From sequence record NC_042307.1: DNA of 64,000 nt. The stretch is one strand, 5' to 3'. Positions 26,311 to 36,389 of the stretch are shown here, in pieces. This DNA comes from a phage. A program made the position numbers and the translations under genes. A model generated the notes under the pieces. It was not told the origin of the DNA and made no database searches. It was given only the letters and a program-made list of their open reading frames with translations. Numbering within the stretch: the stretch's first letter is position 1; each line of letters opens with the position of its first letter.

Positions 26311-28878
26311 TTGAAAATTGCAGTAGTTGATAAAGCTCTAAATAACACTCGTTATGATAAACACTTCCAGCTTTATGGTGAGGAAGTTGATGTATTCCAT
26401 ATGTGTAACGAGAAGTTATCTGGTCGTTTGCTGAAAAAGCATATTACAATCGGAACTCCAGATAACCCGTTCGATCCGAACGATTACGATTTTGTTGTGC
26501 TAGTCGGTGCTGAACCTTTCCTGTATTTCGCAGGTAAGAAAGGTATCGGTGATTATACTGGTAAACGTGTAGAGCATGGTGGCTATGCCAACTGGATTGC
26601 AAGTATTAGTCCAGCTCAGCTACACTTTAAACCTGAAATGAAACCAGTTTTCGATGCTACTGTTGAAAGTATTCACGACATTATTAATGGTCGTGAGAAG
26701 ATTGCAAAAGCTGGTGATTATCGTCCTATTACTGATCCAGACGAAGCTGAAGAATACATCAAGATGGTGTATAACATGGTTATCGGACCTATCGCATTCG
26801 ACTCCGAAACCTCAGCTCTGTATGCTCGTGATGGTTATCTTCTTGGTGTTTCTATGTCTCACCAAGAGTATCAGGGTGTCTATATTGACTCTGACAGCAT
26901 CACCGAAGTAGCTGTACATTATCTCCAGAAAATTCTGGATAGTGAAAACCACACTATTGTTTTTCACAACTTGAAGTTTGATATGCACTTTTATAAGTAC
27001 CATCTGGGACTTTCCTTTGAGAAAGCGCATAAAGAGCGTAGACTTCACGATACCATGTTACAACACTATGTTCTCGATGAACGTCGTGGTACTCACGGCT
27101 TGAAATCTCTAGCAATGAAGTATACCGATATGGGTGACTATGACTTCGAACTAGATAAGTTCAAGGATGATTATTGCAAGGCACATAAGATCAAAAAAGA
27201 GGATTTCAGCTATGATCTGATTCCTTTTGATATTATGTGGCCATATGCTGCAAAAGATACCGATGCTACTCTGCGTCTGCATAACTTCTTCTTACCAAAA
27301 ATTGAGAAGAACGAAAAGCTTTGCAGTCTATACTACGAAGTTCTGATGCCTGGTTGTGTATTCCTGCAACGTGTTGAAGATCGTGGTGTACCGATTTCCG
27401 TTGATCGCTTGAAAGAAGCTCAGTATCAGTTGACTCATAATTTGAATAAAGCCCGGGAGAAACTGTACACTTATCCAGAAGTCGTTCAGCTGGAGAAGGA
27501 TCAGAACGAAGCGTTTAACCCGAACTCTGTTAAGCAACTCCGTGTTCTTCTGTTTGATTATGTTGGTTTGACTCCAACTGGTAAACTGACGGATACAGGT
27601 GCAGATTCTACAAATGCAGAAGCTCTGAATGAACTGGCTACTCAGCACCCGATTGCTAAAACTCTGCTAGAGATTCGTAAGCTGACTAAGCTGATTTCTA
27701 CTTATGTTGAGAAGATTCTTCTGAGCATCGATGCAGATGGTTGCATTCGTACAGGTTTCCACGAACACATGACTACTTCTGGTCGTCTGAGTTCTTCTGG
27801 TAAGCTGAACCTGCAACAGTTACCACGTGATGAATCTATTATCAAGGGTTGTGTAGTAGCTCCTCCTGGATATCGTGTAATCGCATGGGACTTAACAACT
27901 GCGGAAGTTTACTATGCTGCTGTTCTATCTGGTGACAGAAATATGCAACAAGTATTTATCAACATGAAGAATGAGCCTGATAAATACCCTGACTTCCACT
28001 CAAACATCGCACACATGGTATTTAAACTGACTTGTGAACCACGTGATGTTAAGAAGCTGTTCCCAGCTCTGCGTCAGGCTGCTAAGGCAATTACCTTCGG
28101 TATTCTGTATGGTTCTGGCCCAGCGAAAGTAGCTCATTCTGTTAACGAAGCTCTTCTGGAACAGGCTGCTAAGACAGGCGAACCGTTTGTTGAATGTACC
28201 GTTGCAGATGCGAAGGACTATATCGAAACTTACTTCGGTCAGTTCCCTCAGCTTAAGCGTTGGATTGATAAGTGCCACGATCAGATCAAGAATCATGGAT
28301 TTATCTATAGTCACTTTGGTCGTAAACGTCGTCTGCATAATATCCATTCCGAAGACCGTGGCGTTCAGGGTGAAGAAATTCGTTCTGGATTTAATGCAAT
28401 CATTCAGTCTGCTTCTTCTGATAGTCTCCTTTTAGGTGCTGTAGATGCAGATAATGAGATCATTTCTCTTGGCTTAGAACAAGAGATGAAGATTGTTATG
28501 TTGGTTCATGACTCCGTAGTTGCTATTGTTCGTGAAGACTTGATTGATCAATACAATGAAATTCTGATTCGTAATATTCAGAAAGACCGTGGTATCAGTA
28601 TTCCTGGCTGTCCGATTGGTATTGATTCAGATTCTGAAGCTGGAGGTTCTCGTGACTATTCTTGTGGTAAGATGAAGAAACAGCACCCATCAATCGCTTG
28701 TATTGATGATGATGAATATACTCGTTACGTTAAAGAAATGTTACTTGACGCAGATTTCGAGTATAAGAAATTAGCTGCAATGGATAAAGAGCATCCAGAC
28801 CACAGCAAGTACAAGGATGATAAGTTTATTGCTGTATGTAAAGATTTGGATAATGTAAGAAGGATTCTCGGTGCTTAA
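26311..28878 (+). CDS. DNA polymerase, family A
   Basis: 855 aa; TTG start with AAAGGAGA upstream; 3'-5' exo and Pol A motifs (RRxhKxxxFGxxYG-like KAITFGILYGSG, MLVHDS). Confidence 0.9.
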   Translation: MKIAVVDKALNNTRYDKHFQLYGEEVDVFHMCNEKLSGRLLKKHITIGTPDNPFDPNDYDFVVLVGAEPFLYFAGKKGIGDYTGKRVEHGGYANWIASISPAQLHFKPEMKPVFDATVESIHDIINGREKIAKAGDYRPITDPDEAEEYIKMVYNMVIGPIAFDSETSALYARDGYLLGVSMSHQEYQGVYIDSDSITEVAVHYLQKILDSENHTIVFHNLKFDMHFYKYHLGLSFEKAHKERRLHDTMLQHYVLDERRGTHGLKSLAMKYTDMGDYDFELDKFKDDYCKAHKIKKEDFSYDLIPFDIMWPYAAKDTDATLRLHNFFLPKIEKNEKLCSLYYEVLMPGCVFLQRVEDRGVPISVDRLKEAQYQLTHNLNKAREKLYTYPEVVQLEKDQNEAFNPNSVKQLRVLLFDYVGLTPTGKLTDTGADSTNAEALNELATQHPIAKTLLEIRKLTKLISTYVEKILLSIDADGCIRTGFHEHMTTSGRLSSSGKLNLQQLPRDESIIKGCVVAPPGYRVIAWDLTTAEVYYAAVLSGDRNMQQVFINMKNEPDKYPDFHSNIAHMVFKLTCEPRDVKKLFPALRQAAKAITFGILYGSGPAKVAHSVNEALLEQAAKTGEPFVECTVADAKDYIETYFGQFPQLKRWIDKCHDQIKNHGFIYSHFGRKRRLHNIHSEDRGVQGEEIRSGFNAIIQSASSDSLLLGAVDADNEIISLGLEQEMKIVMLVHDSVVAIVREDLIDQYNEILIRNIQKDRGISIPGCPIGIDSDSEAGGSRDYSCGKMKKQHPSIACIDDDEYTRYVKEMLLDADFEYKKLAAMDKEHPDHSKYKDDKFIAVCKDLDNVRRILGA

Positions 28879-29368
28879 TTTCAAATTGCCCGTCTATGCG
28901 TTACGGGCGTTTGTATCAATTGAGCAGGAAGGTGATTATTCCATAATTACAACAAGATATAATAAATATGTGTTAGATAACAGGGAGTTGCCTGGCACAT
29001 TCTCTCAACGTAGGTTAGCCTTATTTGAGAAGCGGAAAGAATTACCGTACAAGCTCTATCCTATTAGAGGTAGAATATCAATGTTGTCTCAATTAGTTGG
29101 GTCAAAGCGTAGCCAATTTATAGATTCTGATGGAAATCTTATTAACTGGAAGAAAACTACGTTCTATGATGTTGTCACCGCTAAAGTTTTGCATTCAGCT
29201 AGAATTTATAACGGAAAATACCAATGCTATGTAGCTAAAGTTCCATATCCATTTGTATTATCCTATGTTCCAGCTTATATAAGCTATATTCTGGTAAATA
29301 ATAGCCCTGTTATTTATCAAGTCCATCAAGAGGAGCCTGAAATTCCTAGACTTAGAATAAAATTATGA
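28871..29368 (+). CDS. hypothetical protein (165 aa)
   Basis: GTG start overlapping polymerase stop. Confidence 0.45.
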   Translation: MLNFKLPVYALRAFVSIEQEGDYSIITTRYNKYVLDNRELPGTFSQRRLALFEKRKELPYKLYPIRGRISMLSQLVGSKRSQFIDSDGNLINWKKTTFYDVVTAKVLHSARIYNGKYQCYVAKVPYPFVLSYVPAYISYILVNNSPVIYQVHQEEPEIPRLRIKL

Positions 29369-30711
29369 AGGTTGTTATATCTAATAAAGCCTATTTCAAG
29401 CCCGATGATGAACTTTGGGATTATTGTAGTAAGCAAACCACTTATCACATAGAGACAATGACTAGTAAATACCCTATTATGTATAAGAATAGTGGTGTTG
29501 TTGCCAAAGAGATTAAGTGGATTCCTATTACGCGTCTGGACTTATTAGATGCTAAAGGAATAAAATACGAATTAGTCGATAAACGCACATTAGCTCCGGT
29601 AGATATACCAGAACCGTCGTTTAAACTGCGTGAAGAAGATCAGCTTCCAATATACGAAGAATGCGATGATACCTGTATTATTAATGGTAAGCCTGGGTTT
29701 GGTAAAACTATCCTAGCACTTGCACTTGCGTATAAATTTGGCCAGAAAACTTTGGTAATCTGTACGAATACATCCATTCGTGAAATGTGGGCGGCAGAAG
29801 TTCGTAAATGGTTTGGGTTTGAACCAGGCATCATAGGTTCTGGAAAGTACAATATTGATCCACCCATTGTGGTCAGTAATATTCAAACAGTGAATAAACA
29901 TGCGAATAATCTTTCTAAAGTATTCGGTACTGTTATAGTTGATGAAGTTCACCATTGTGTGGCTACAACTTTCACTAACTTCCTAGAAATATCATGTGCT
30001 CGCTATAAAATTGGACTATCCGGTACACTAAAACGAAAAGATGGTCTACAAGTTATGTTCAAAGATTTCTTTGGATATAAGATATTTAGCCCACCGGTTA
30101 ATAATACTGTTGCACCTACAATCCATAGGTACTCCGTGCCTGTTGAGCTATCAGGAAACCAAAACGTACCGTGGGCATTACGTGCTAACGATGTGTATAA
30201 CCATCCTGAATACCGAGAGACTATTATAAACCTAGCACATCTATATGTGAATATGGGGCATAAAGTACTCATTCTAAGTGATAGAACAGAGTTAATCCAA
30301 ACAGTACTAGAAGCTCTTGCACAGCGTGGTGTTACAACCTATGAGATTATAGGTGCAACCCACTTAGATGACAGATTAAAAATTCAGGAAGATATAGCAA
30401 AAGGTGGGCCGTGTGTGCTTGCAGCAGCTCAAAGCATCTTCTCCGAAGGTATTTCACTTAACGAGCTGTCTTGTTTAATAATGGGGAGCCTCATTAATAA
30501 TGAATCTCTCATTGAACAGCTTGCAGGCCGTGTTCAACGTATTGTCGAGGGTAAACTCGACCCAATCGTTGTAGATCTAATTATGAAAGGTGGCACTGGG
30601 TTAAGGCAGGCTTCTGGACGTATGGCCGTGTATCGCAATAACGCGTGGAAAGTAATCACAATGACCCCTGAGAAAGCTGTGAGATTAGCACAAGAAATAT
30701 TTAAAACTTGA
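29365..30711 (+). CDS. SF2 DNA helicase (DEXH-box)
   Basis: Walker A GKPGFGKT, motif II DEVHH. Confidence 0.7.
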   Translation: MKVVISNKAYFKPDDELWDYCSKQTTYHIETMTSKYPIMYKNSGVVAKEIKWIPITRLDLLDAKGIKYELVDKRTLAPVDIPEPSFKLREEDQLPIYEECDDTCIINGKPGFGKTILALALAYKFGQKTLVICTNTSIREMWAAEVRKWFGFEPGIIGSGKYNIDPPIVVSNIQTVNKHANNLSKVFGTVIVDEVHHCVATTFTNFLEISCARYKIGLSGTLKRKDGLQVMFKDFFGYKIFSPPVNNTVAPTIHRYSVPVELSGNQNVPWALRANDVYNHPEYRETIINLAHLYVNMGHKVLILSDRTELIQTVLEALAQRGVTTYEIIGATHLDDRLKIQEDIAKGGPCVLAAAQSIFSEGISLNELSCLIMGSLINNESLIEQLAGRVQRIVEGKLDPIVVDLIMKGGTGLRQASGRMAVYRNNAWKVITMTPEKAVRLAQEIFKT

Positions 30712-30712
30712 C

Positions 30713-31246
30713 ATGATAACTCAACAAAGATTAAAAGAATTACTAATATATGATCCAGATTCTGGCCACTTTATTAACAAGGTGTCCAGGGGCAGAGGAG
30801 GTAAAATTGGGGCTATTGCTGGAAGTCCTGATAAAGATGGATATATAATCATAGGTATAGATAGGAAATCTTATAAAGCCCATCGCTTAGCCTTCTTGTA
30901 CATGGAAGGCTATATGCCTACTGAAGTAGACCACGATAATAGAATACCTTATGATAATAAATGGAGTAACTTAAAAGATTCTTCTCATTCGGAAAATATG
31001 AAAAACCGTAACCCTTATAGTAAATCTGGTTATAAAGGAGTTACGTGGAATAAGGTTAAGAAGAAATGGCAAGTACAAGTGTGTAGGTCAGATGGTTCTA
31101 CAGTTTATGGTGGGTTATTCCCTTATGAAGAATTAGAGTTAGCTATAAATAAAGCTAATGAACTTAGAGTACAGCATCTAGGTATGGATTCCAGGCAAGA
31201 ACTATTTAAAGGATATATTTGCCGACGTGAGGACTTAGATAAGTAA
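30713..31246 (+). CDS. HNH homing endonuclease
   Basis: MITQQRLKELLIYDPDSGHF..GYIIIGIDRKSYKAHRLAFLYMEGYMPTEVDHDNRIPYDNK. Confidence 0.75.
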   Translation: MITQQRLKELLIYDPDSGHFINKVSRGRGGKIGAIAGSPDKDGYIIIGIDRKSYKAHRLAFLYMEGYMPTEVDHDNRIPYDNKWSNLKDSSHSENMKNRNPYSKSGYKGVTWNKVKKKWQVQVCRSDGSTVYGGLFPYEELELAINKANELRVQHLGMDSRQELFKGYICRREDLDK

Positions 31247-31254
31247 AATTGCAT

Positions 31255-31283
31255 TTGGCAACTGCTCATAATTATTGTATAAT
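31255..31283 (+). promoter_or_regulatory. T5-type promoter TTGGCA-17-TATAAT (first of a tandem pair)
   Basis: followed by ACATAAATTTGAGAGAGAA leader without an ORF. Confidence 0.55.
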
Positions 31284-31354
31284 ATACACATAAATTTGAG
31301 AGAGAAAGTTTCGGATTGATAAGAAAGTCCGAAGCAGAAAAATAAAAATTGTAC

Positions 31355-31384
31355 TTGTCAAATCCTCCCGATTTAATGTATAAT
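31355..31384 (+). promoter_or_regulatory. T5-type promoter TTGTCA-18-TATAAT (second of a tandem pair)
   Basis: followed by ACATAAATTGATGAGAGA leader and ATG 31412. Confidence 0.55.
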
Positions 31385-31411
31385 ATATACATAAATTGAT
31401 GAGAGACAAAA

Positions 31412-31774
31412 ATGAAATTCTTTGATTACGAGAGAATTTACCTCTTAGCTAGAGGAAACTCCGACCTGATTGTCAAGCTATTTAATAGAATGCTTGCAGA
31501 GCCTGATGCTCACCAACTACTGGTCGGTTATTCATTCATCTTGAATGAATCAACTATTGTTGATAACCCTTACAAATTGTCTAATAGACAACTGGCAGAA
31601 TATCTAGGAATTCTAAGTCTACGAAATTATGCCGAATATAAGTTTACAAACGATCCGAGTTTGGACATGCAATATGTTCCCATATGGATACCACGTTCTG
31701 TAATCGACACTAACCCACTAATTGCAATCAATAAATCGAAGATAATCTTTAAAGAGGAAATAAAATATGGCTAA
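31412..31774 (+). CDS. hypothetical protein (120 aa)
   Basis: ORF track. Confidence 0.5.
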   Translation: MKFFDYERIYLLARGNSDLIVKLFNRMLAEPDAHQLLVGYSFILNESTIVDNPYKLSNRQLAEYLGILSLRNYAEYKFTNDPSLDMQYVPIWIPRSVIDTNPLIAINKSKIIFKEEIKYG

Positions 31775-32540
31775 GTCTTGGGGCGAAACTACTGGCGGTT
31801 CTAACGATAAAATCGACTTCCTGAAATTCAACAACGGTGTAACTCGCGTTCGTATCGTTTCTGGTGTTCTTCCACGTTATGTCTACTGGCTGACTAACAA
31901 AGATGGTAATGCAGCTCCATTTGAGTGCCTGCGTTTCAACCGTACTAAAGAGAGCTTCGTTCGCGGTAAAGCTGACCCGATTCACGAAATGGGCTTCTTC
32001 GAAAAAGAGCTGGACAAAGATGGTAATCGTGTTCCGCTGAAACCGAAGAAAAACTACATTGCTTTCGTTATCGACCGTTCCGATAACAAACTGAAAGTTA
32101 TGGAAGTTAAAGCTACTATCCTGAAAGGCATCCAGTCTATCATGAAGCAGCTTGAACTGGCAGATCCATTCGATATCGATATTTCTATCGAGAAGAAAGG
32201 TAAAGGCTTCGATACTGAGTACGATGTACAGCAGATCGCAGCAATGCAGTTCCAGATGAAACTAAAAGATCCTACCAGTGCTGAGTCTAAACTGCACGCC
32301 GCTGATGTTGATATCCTCGGTGAAGCTATGTGTGATGATACTGGTGAGTTCATCAAGTTCGAAAAGGTTCCTTCTCTGGAAGAAACCTACCCGGTTCCGT
32401 CCTACGAAGAGCAGAAAGAAGCTATTCTCGCCTTCATGGAAGGTCGTGAGAAGCAAGACGGCGGTGACGCTAAGTCTGGTGGAGATGCTGGTTCTCAGAA
32501 AGGCATCGACGCTGAAGCTGCTAGCGATCTGGACGACTAA
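31767..32540 (+). CDS. putative single-stranded DNA-binding protein with acidic C-terminal tail
   Basis: acidic tail ..DAEAASDLDD; host-optimal codons; AGAGGAAA upstream; position within replication block. Confidence 0.4.
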   Translation: MAKSWGETTGGSNDKIDFLKFNNGVTRVRIVSGVLPRYVYWLTNKDGNAAPFECLRFNRTKESFVRGKADPIHEMGFFEKELDKDGNRVPLKPKKNYIAFVIDRSDNKLKVMEVKATILKGIQSIMKQLELADPFDIDISIEKKGKGFDTEYDVQQIAAMQFQMKLKDPTSAESKLHAADVDILGEAMCDDTGEFIKFEKVPSLEETYPVPSYEEQKEAILAFMEGREKQDGGDAKSGGDAGSQKGIDAEAASDLDD

Positions 32541-32546
32541 TAAACC

Positions 32547-32574
32547 AAGGGGAGCTACGGCTCCCTTTCTTTTT
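32547..32574 (+). terminator. rho-independent terminator
   Basis: GGGAGC-TACG-GCTCCC then TTTCTTTTT. Confidence 0.7.
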
Positions 32575-32579
32575 AACTT

Positions 32580-33110
32580 ATGAGAAATAAGCTATATTCC
32601 TTATTTTTGGAAGACCCTAAAAAATTCATTTTATTAGTAAATAAATTCAGAGAAAGATTTTCCTATGATCCTGAGTCCGGGCTACTCTCTAGGAAAATAG
32701 GAACGGGTGGTCAGTTACCAGGATCTATAGTAGGCACGGATAATGGAAAAGGATATTTAAGAACCTCATTTAATAAGGAGCAGTATCTTGTACATTTAAT
32801 TATTTATGCCATGCAGACTAATGAAATGGCAGAAGTAGTAGATCACAAAGACTTAGATAAGAAGAATAATAGATGGAGTAATCTAAGACCAACTAATAAA
32901 TCAGGTAATGAAAGAAACACAAGCGTAAGATCTAATAGTACCACAGGTGTTAAAAATGTATATTGGATACCTGGGAGACATAAGTATAGGGTTCAGTTTA
33001 AAATCCACGGAGAAACAAAATACTTTGGATATTATGATACTATTCAAGAAGCAGAAGTAGTAGCTGATAGGGAACGTAGGCGACTACACGGAGAATTTGC
33101 CAGATCATGA
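32580..33110 (+). CDS. HNH homing endonuclease
   Basis: ..FRERFSYDPESGLLSRK..GYLRTSFNKEQYLVHLIIYAM..VDHKDLDKKNNRWSNLR. Confidence 0.7.
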   Translation: MRNKLYSLFLEDPKKFILLVNKFRERFSYDPESGLLSRKIGTGGQLPGSIVGTDNGKGYLRTSFNKEQYLVHLIIYAMQTNEMAEVVDHKDLDKKNNRWSNLRPTNKSGNERNTSVRSNSTTGVKNVYWIPGRHKYRVQFKIHGETKYFGYYDTIQEAEVVADRERRRLHGEFARS

Positions 33111-34084
33111 AAATACTATTTAGTGCTGATCACCATATAAAACTTGGGCAAGATAAAATTCCCAAAGAATGGCAGAAGAAAAGATTCTTAATGCTGGGAG
33201 ACCGTCTAAATGATATATTCCATAATCATAACTGTGATTTGCATATTATTGGTGGTGATTTATTTGATCATTCCGACCCGTCGTCGGAAGAAGTAGAACT
33301 TCTAGAAAAATTTATGTCTAGGCTAGATCATATAGGAATGGTATTTACAGGTAATCATGAATTAATAACTAAAACCATTTCATGTCTATACCATTATGCG
33401 GGAGTTATTAATAAAGTAACTAGTGGGAAGTGGGAAGTAATTACCAAACCATATCGTTCCCCTGAATTTGATATTGTTCCGTATGATGAGATTCATAAAC
33501 CCAAGTGGAAACCTGCTGAATCAAAACTATGTTTCACGCATGTTCGTGGTGAAATCCCTCCACATGTAAAACCAGAAATTGATCTAACTAAGTACAACTG
33601 TTATGATACTGTAATTGCTGGCGATTTACATTCTTATACTAATAGCCAGACTATCGGATCTACTAGACTCCTCTATCCAGGGTCTCCATTAACTACATCG
33701 TTCCATAGAGAACGCACAAAAGGTACAAATGGTTGCTTTATCATTGATACCGACACATTAAAAGTAGAATGGATTGAACTAGGTGATTTACCACAACTGA
33801 TTCGTAAAACAATCGGAGCAGGTGAAGAGATGGAACCTAGTGATTATGATCGTGTAGTCTACGAAGTTACTGGTGACGTTGTTCAATTAAAGTCTATCAA
33901 AGACTCTGATTTATTAGATAAGAAGATTAACCATCGAGTTACTAAAGACGCTAAGTTAAATCTTGTTGATCTTGATATGTTAGGTGAACTTGAACTTTAC
34001 TTCCGTGAAGTCGAGAAGTTATCTCAAGGCGACATTGATAGAATCTTGGCTAGAGCTGCGAAATATGTCAAAGATTACAATTAA
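33107..34084 (+). CDS. SbcD/Mre11-like nuclease
   Basis: phosphoesterase motifs ILFSADHH, HIIGGDLFD, FTGNHE. Confidence 0.75.
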   Translation: MKILFSADHHIKLGQDKIPKEWQKKRFLMLGDRLNDIFHNHNCDLHIIGGDLFDHSDPSSEEVELLEKFMSRLDHIGMVFTGNHELITKTISCLYHYAGVINKVTSGKWEVITKPYRSPEFDIVPYDEIHKPKWKPAESKLCFTHVRGEIPPHVKPEIDLTKYNCYDTVIAGDLHSYTNSQTIGSTRLLYPGSPLTTSFHRERTKGTNGCFIIDTDTLKVEWIELGDLPQLIRKTIGAGEEMEPSDYDRVVYEVTGDVVQLKSIKDSDLLDKKINHRVTKDAKLNLVDLDMLGELELYFREVEKLSQGDIDRILARAAKYVKDYN

Positions 34085-35903
34085 GACACTAAAATTTAGT
34101 AACGTTATGTCTTACGGTAAGGACATCGTAATTCATTTCGATAAGAATCCAGTTACTCAACTAATTGGGGGCAATGGGCTAGGGAAGTCCACTATTGCTA
34201 CGGTTATCGAGGAGTTGTTTTATAACAAGAACTCTCGAGGTATCAAGAAGGATGCATTGTTCTCTTGGAATGCCCCTAAGAAAGAATACGATATGCACGC
34301 TTACTTCTCAAAAGATGAAGATGAGTATGAACTGCATAAAGTAGTTAAATCAACTGCTAAAGTTACACTCATTAAGAATGGAGAAGATATTAGTGGGCAT
34401 ACGGCAACCCAAACATATAAGATGATTGAAGAGATTATGGGTGGTGACTTTCAAACATTCACCAAACTAATTTATCAATCAGTGGGTTCCAACCTAGATT
34501 TTCTAAAAGCAACGGATGCAACACGTAAGGCTTTTCTTGTTAACTTGTTCAATCAAGAGCAATACAAAGAAATGTCGGAAACTATTAAGGCTGACCGTAA
34601 AGAAATAGCAAATACCCTAAATAATTTGCAGGGTCAGATGGCTGTAATTACGAAAATCCTTAATGGGAAAAATAATCTAGGAACTTTGCAGGAACCTGTA
34701 GAAGTACCGGAGTTTGATGAAGAGCCATTAGCACAAGAACTTACTGAATCGAAAATTAAGGCGGCATTAGCCAAGTCACAAGAGGCTAATATTACTAAAC
34801 TCCGTAATTTGGACAAAGCTGTACAAGTTGCCGAACAATCTTTCGAGCCTTTCAAAAATTTCCCTGCGCCCACTGACCAATCTGAAGAGATCTCAAGTGT
34901 TACGCGTGACTTAACGATTGTTACCTCACGTGCGGGAGAAGTCAAGAAACGTTATCAGAAGTTTAAGCAAGAGGCTTCAAATACTGAATGTCCTACTTGT
35001 GGTACGCATCTTGATACAACTGCTGCTCAAAAAGCAATGGATATGGCTAGAACAGAATATGATCCTCTGTTTAAAGAGAAACAATCTCTCGAAGCTACAT
35101 TGGAGCAGTTAAAGAAAGAACAACTCGAGTACGCTGCGTATACTAGAGCTAAGGATGCTTTAGATAAGGCAGTAGCAGCTAGAGACGAGTTCAAAAATTC
35201 AATGAGTGATGCTTCTTTTGAAGAACTCAATGTGCAAATCCTACAGGTGCAAATACGACAATTAGAACAGGAAATCGCTGATGGACGTTCTAAAGTTGCA
35301 ATTGCCAAAGAGCATAATGCAAATGTCGAATTAGCCAATGCAAAATATAAAGCAAAGCTAGAACAGATTGAGAAAGCAGAAGCAGAAATGACTGAGATTA
35401 CTTCCAAACTTGATGGAGTAGCCGAAGCTGTAGCTGATCTTGATATTCTGATCGCTGCATTGAAAAATCTGGTAGGATATAAACTAGAGCATAGTGTGAA
35501 AGTATTTGAGGAATTGATTAATAAATATCTTTCTATTATGACTGGTGGTAAGTTCGCACTTGGATTTGAACTTGATGAAACTAAATTACAAGTAGTAATC
35601 TTCAATGATGGAAACCGTACCAGTATGGAGAACTGCTCTACTGGTCAGCAAAGTAGAATTAACCTAGCAACTCTGTTAGCAATTCGAATGCTGTTAACAT
35701 CTATTAGTAAAGTTAATATTAATCTTCTGTTCCTTGACGAAGTTATTAGCTTTATTGATACGAAAGGACTTGATACTCTCGTTGAATTATTAAATGAGGA
35801 AGATAGTCTGAATTCTATCATTGTTTCTCATGGGCACTCCCATCCGCTGGCACATAAGATTACTGTCAAAAAAGATGCAGAAGGATTTTCCTATTTAGAA
35901 TAA
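34065..35903 (+). CDS. SbcC/Rad50-like ATPase
   Basis: Walker A GGNGLGKST, CxxC zinc hook CPTCG, long coiled-coil region, C-terminal LLFLDEV; start taken at ATG 34065. Confidence 0.75.
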   Translation: MSKITIKTLKFSNVMSYGKDIVIHFDKNPVTQLIGGNGLGKSTIATVIEELFYNKNSRGIKKDALFSWNAPKKEYDMHAYFSKDEDEYELHKVVKSTAKVTLIKNGEDISGHTATQTYKMIEEIMGGDFQTFTKLIYQSVGSNLDFLKATDATRKAFLVNLFNQEQYKEMSETIKADRKEIANTLNNLQGQMAVITKILNGKNNLGTLQEPVEVPEFDEEPLAQELTESKIKAALAKSQEANITKLRNLDKAVQVAEQSFEPFKNFPAPTDQSEEISSVTRDLTIVTSRAGEVKKRYQKFKQEASNTECPTCGTHLDTTAAQKAMDMARTEYDPLFKEKQSLEATLEQLKKEQLEYAAYTRAKDALDKAVAARDEFKNSMSDASFEELNVQILQVQIRQLEQEIADGRSKVAIAKEHNANVELANAKYKAKLEQIEKAEAEMTEITSKLDGVAEAVADLDILIAALKNLVGYKLEHSVKVFEELINKYLSIMTGGKFALGFELDETKLQVVIFNDGNRTSMENCSTGQQSRINLATLLAIRMLLTSISKVNINLLFLDEVISFIDTKGLDTLVELLNEEDSLNSIIVSHGHSHPLAHKITVKKDAEGFSYLE

Positions 35904-35906
35904 AAC

Positions 35907-36389
35907 ATGGCCGTAGATAGTAGAGAGAAAGGTAAACGTGGTGAATATCAGGTAAGAGATATACTACGTGAACGTACAGGTCTTGAGTGGGAACGTGTTC
36001 CAGGTTCTGGTGCTTTTGGCCAGAGCCATGGACTGAAGGGTGACATCTACCTTCCACCACAAAGCGGACACATTAGTAAATACTGCTTCGAAGTTAAGTG
36101 GTATAAAGATGATAACATATCAAGTAATTTATTTAACGTTGGTGAATCCACTCTAGAGAAGTGGTGGCAGCAGTGTTCCCGTGAAGGTGAACAGATGAAC
36201 TCCAAACCAGCCTTAATATTCAAGAAAGACAGAGGACAGTGGTTAATTGCTTTGGATAGCTCAGACCCTATGGTCGACAACTTAATGAGTCGTACCCATA
36301 TGGTGTTAAATAAGAAAGACATGGAAATCGTAATCGGGTTATTCGAACCGTGGTTACATCACGCATCTGTTGAGGACTTAATTAAATAA
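35907..36389 (+). CDS. putative PD-(D/E)xK nuclease (possible junction-resolving enzyme)
   Basis: D..EVK arrangement GDIYLPP...CFEVKWYK. Confidence 0.4.
   Translation: MAVDSREKGKRGEYQVRDILRERTGLEWERVPGSGAFGQSHGLKGDIYLPPQSGHISKYCFEVKWYKDDNISSNLFNVGESTLEKWWQQCSREGEQMNSKPALIFKKDRGQWLIALDSSDPMVDNLMSRTHMVLNKKDMEIVIGLFEPWLHHASVEDLIK

Noticed and set aside
35027-35605. 192-aa minus-strand ORF
   Set aside because: Antisense to the SbcC-like gene, Ser/Ala-rich low complexity, no SD.
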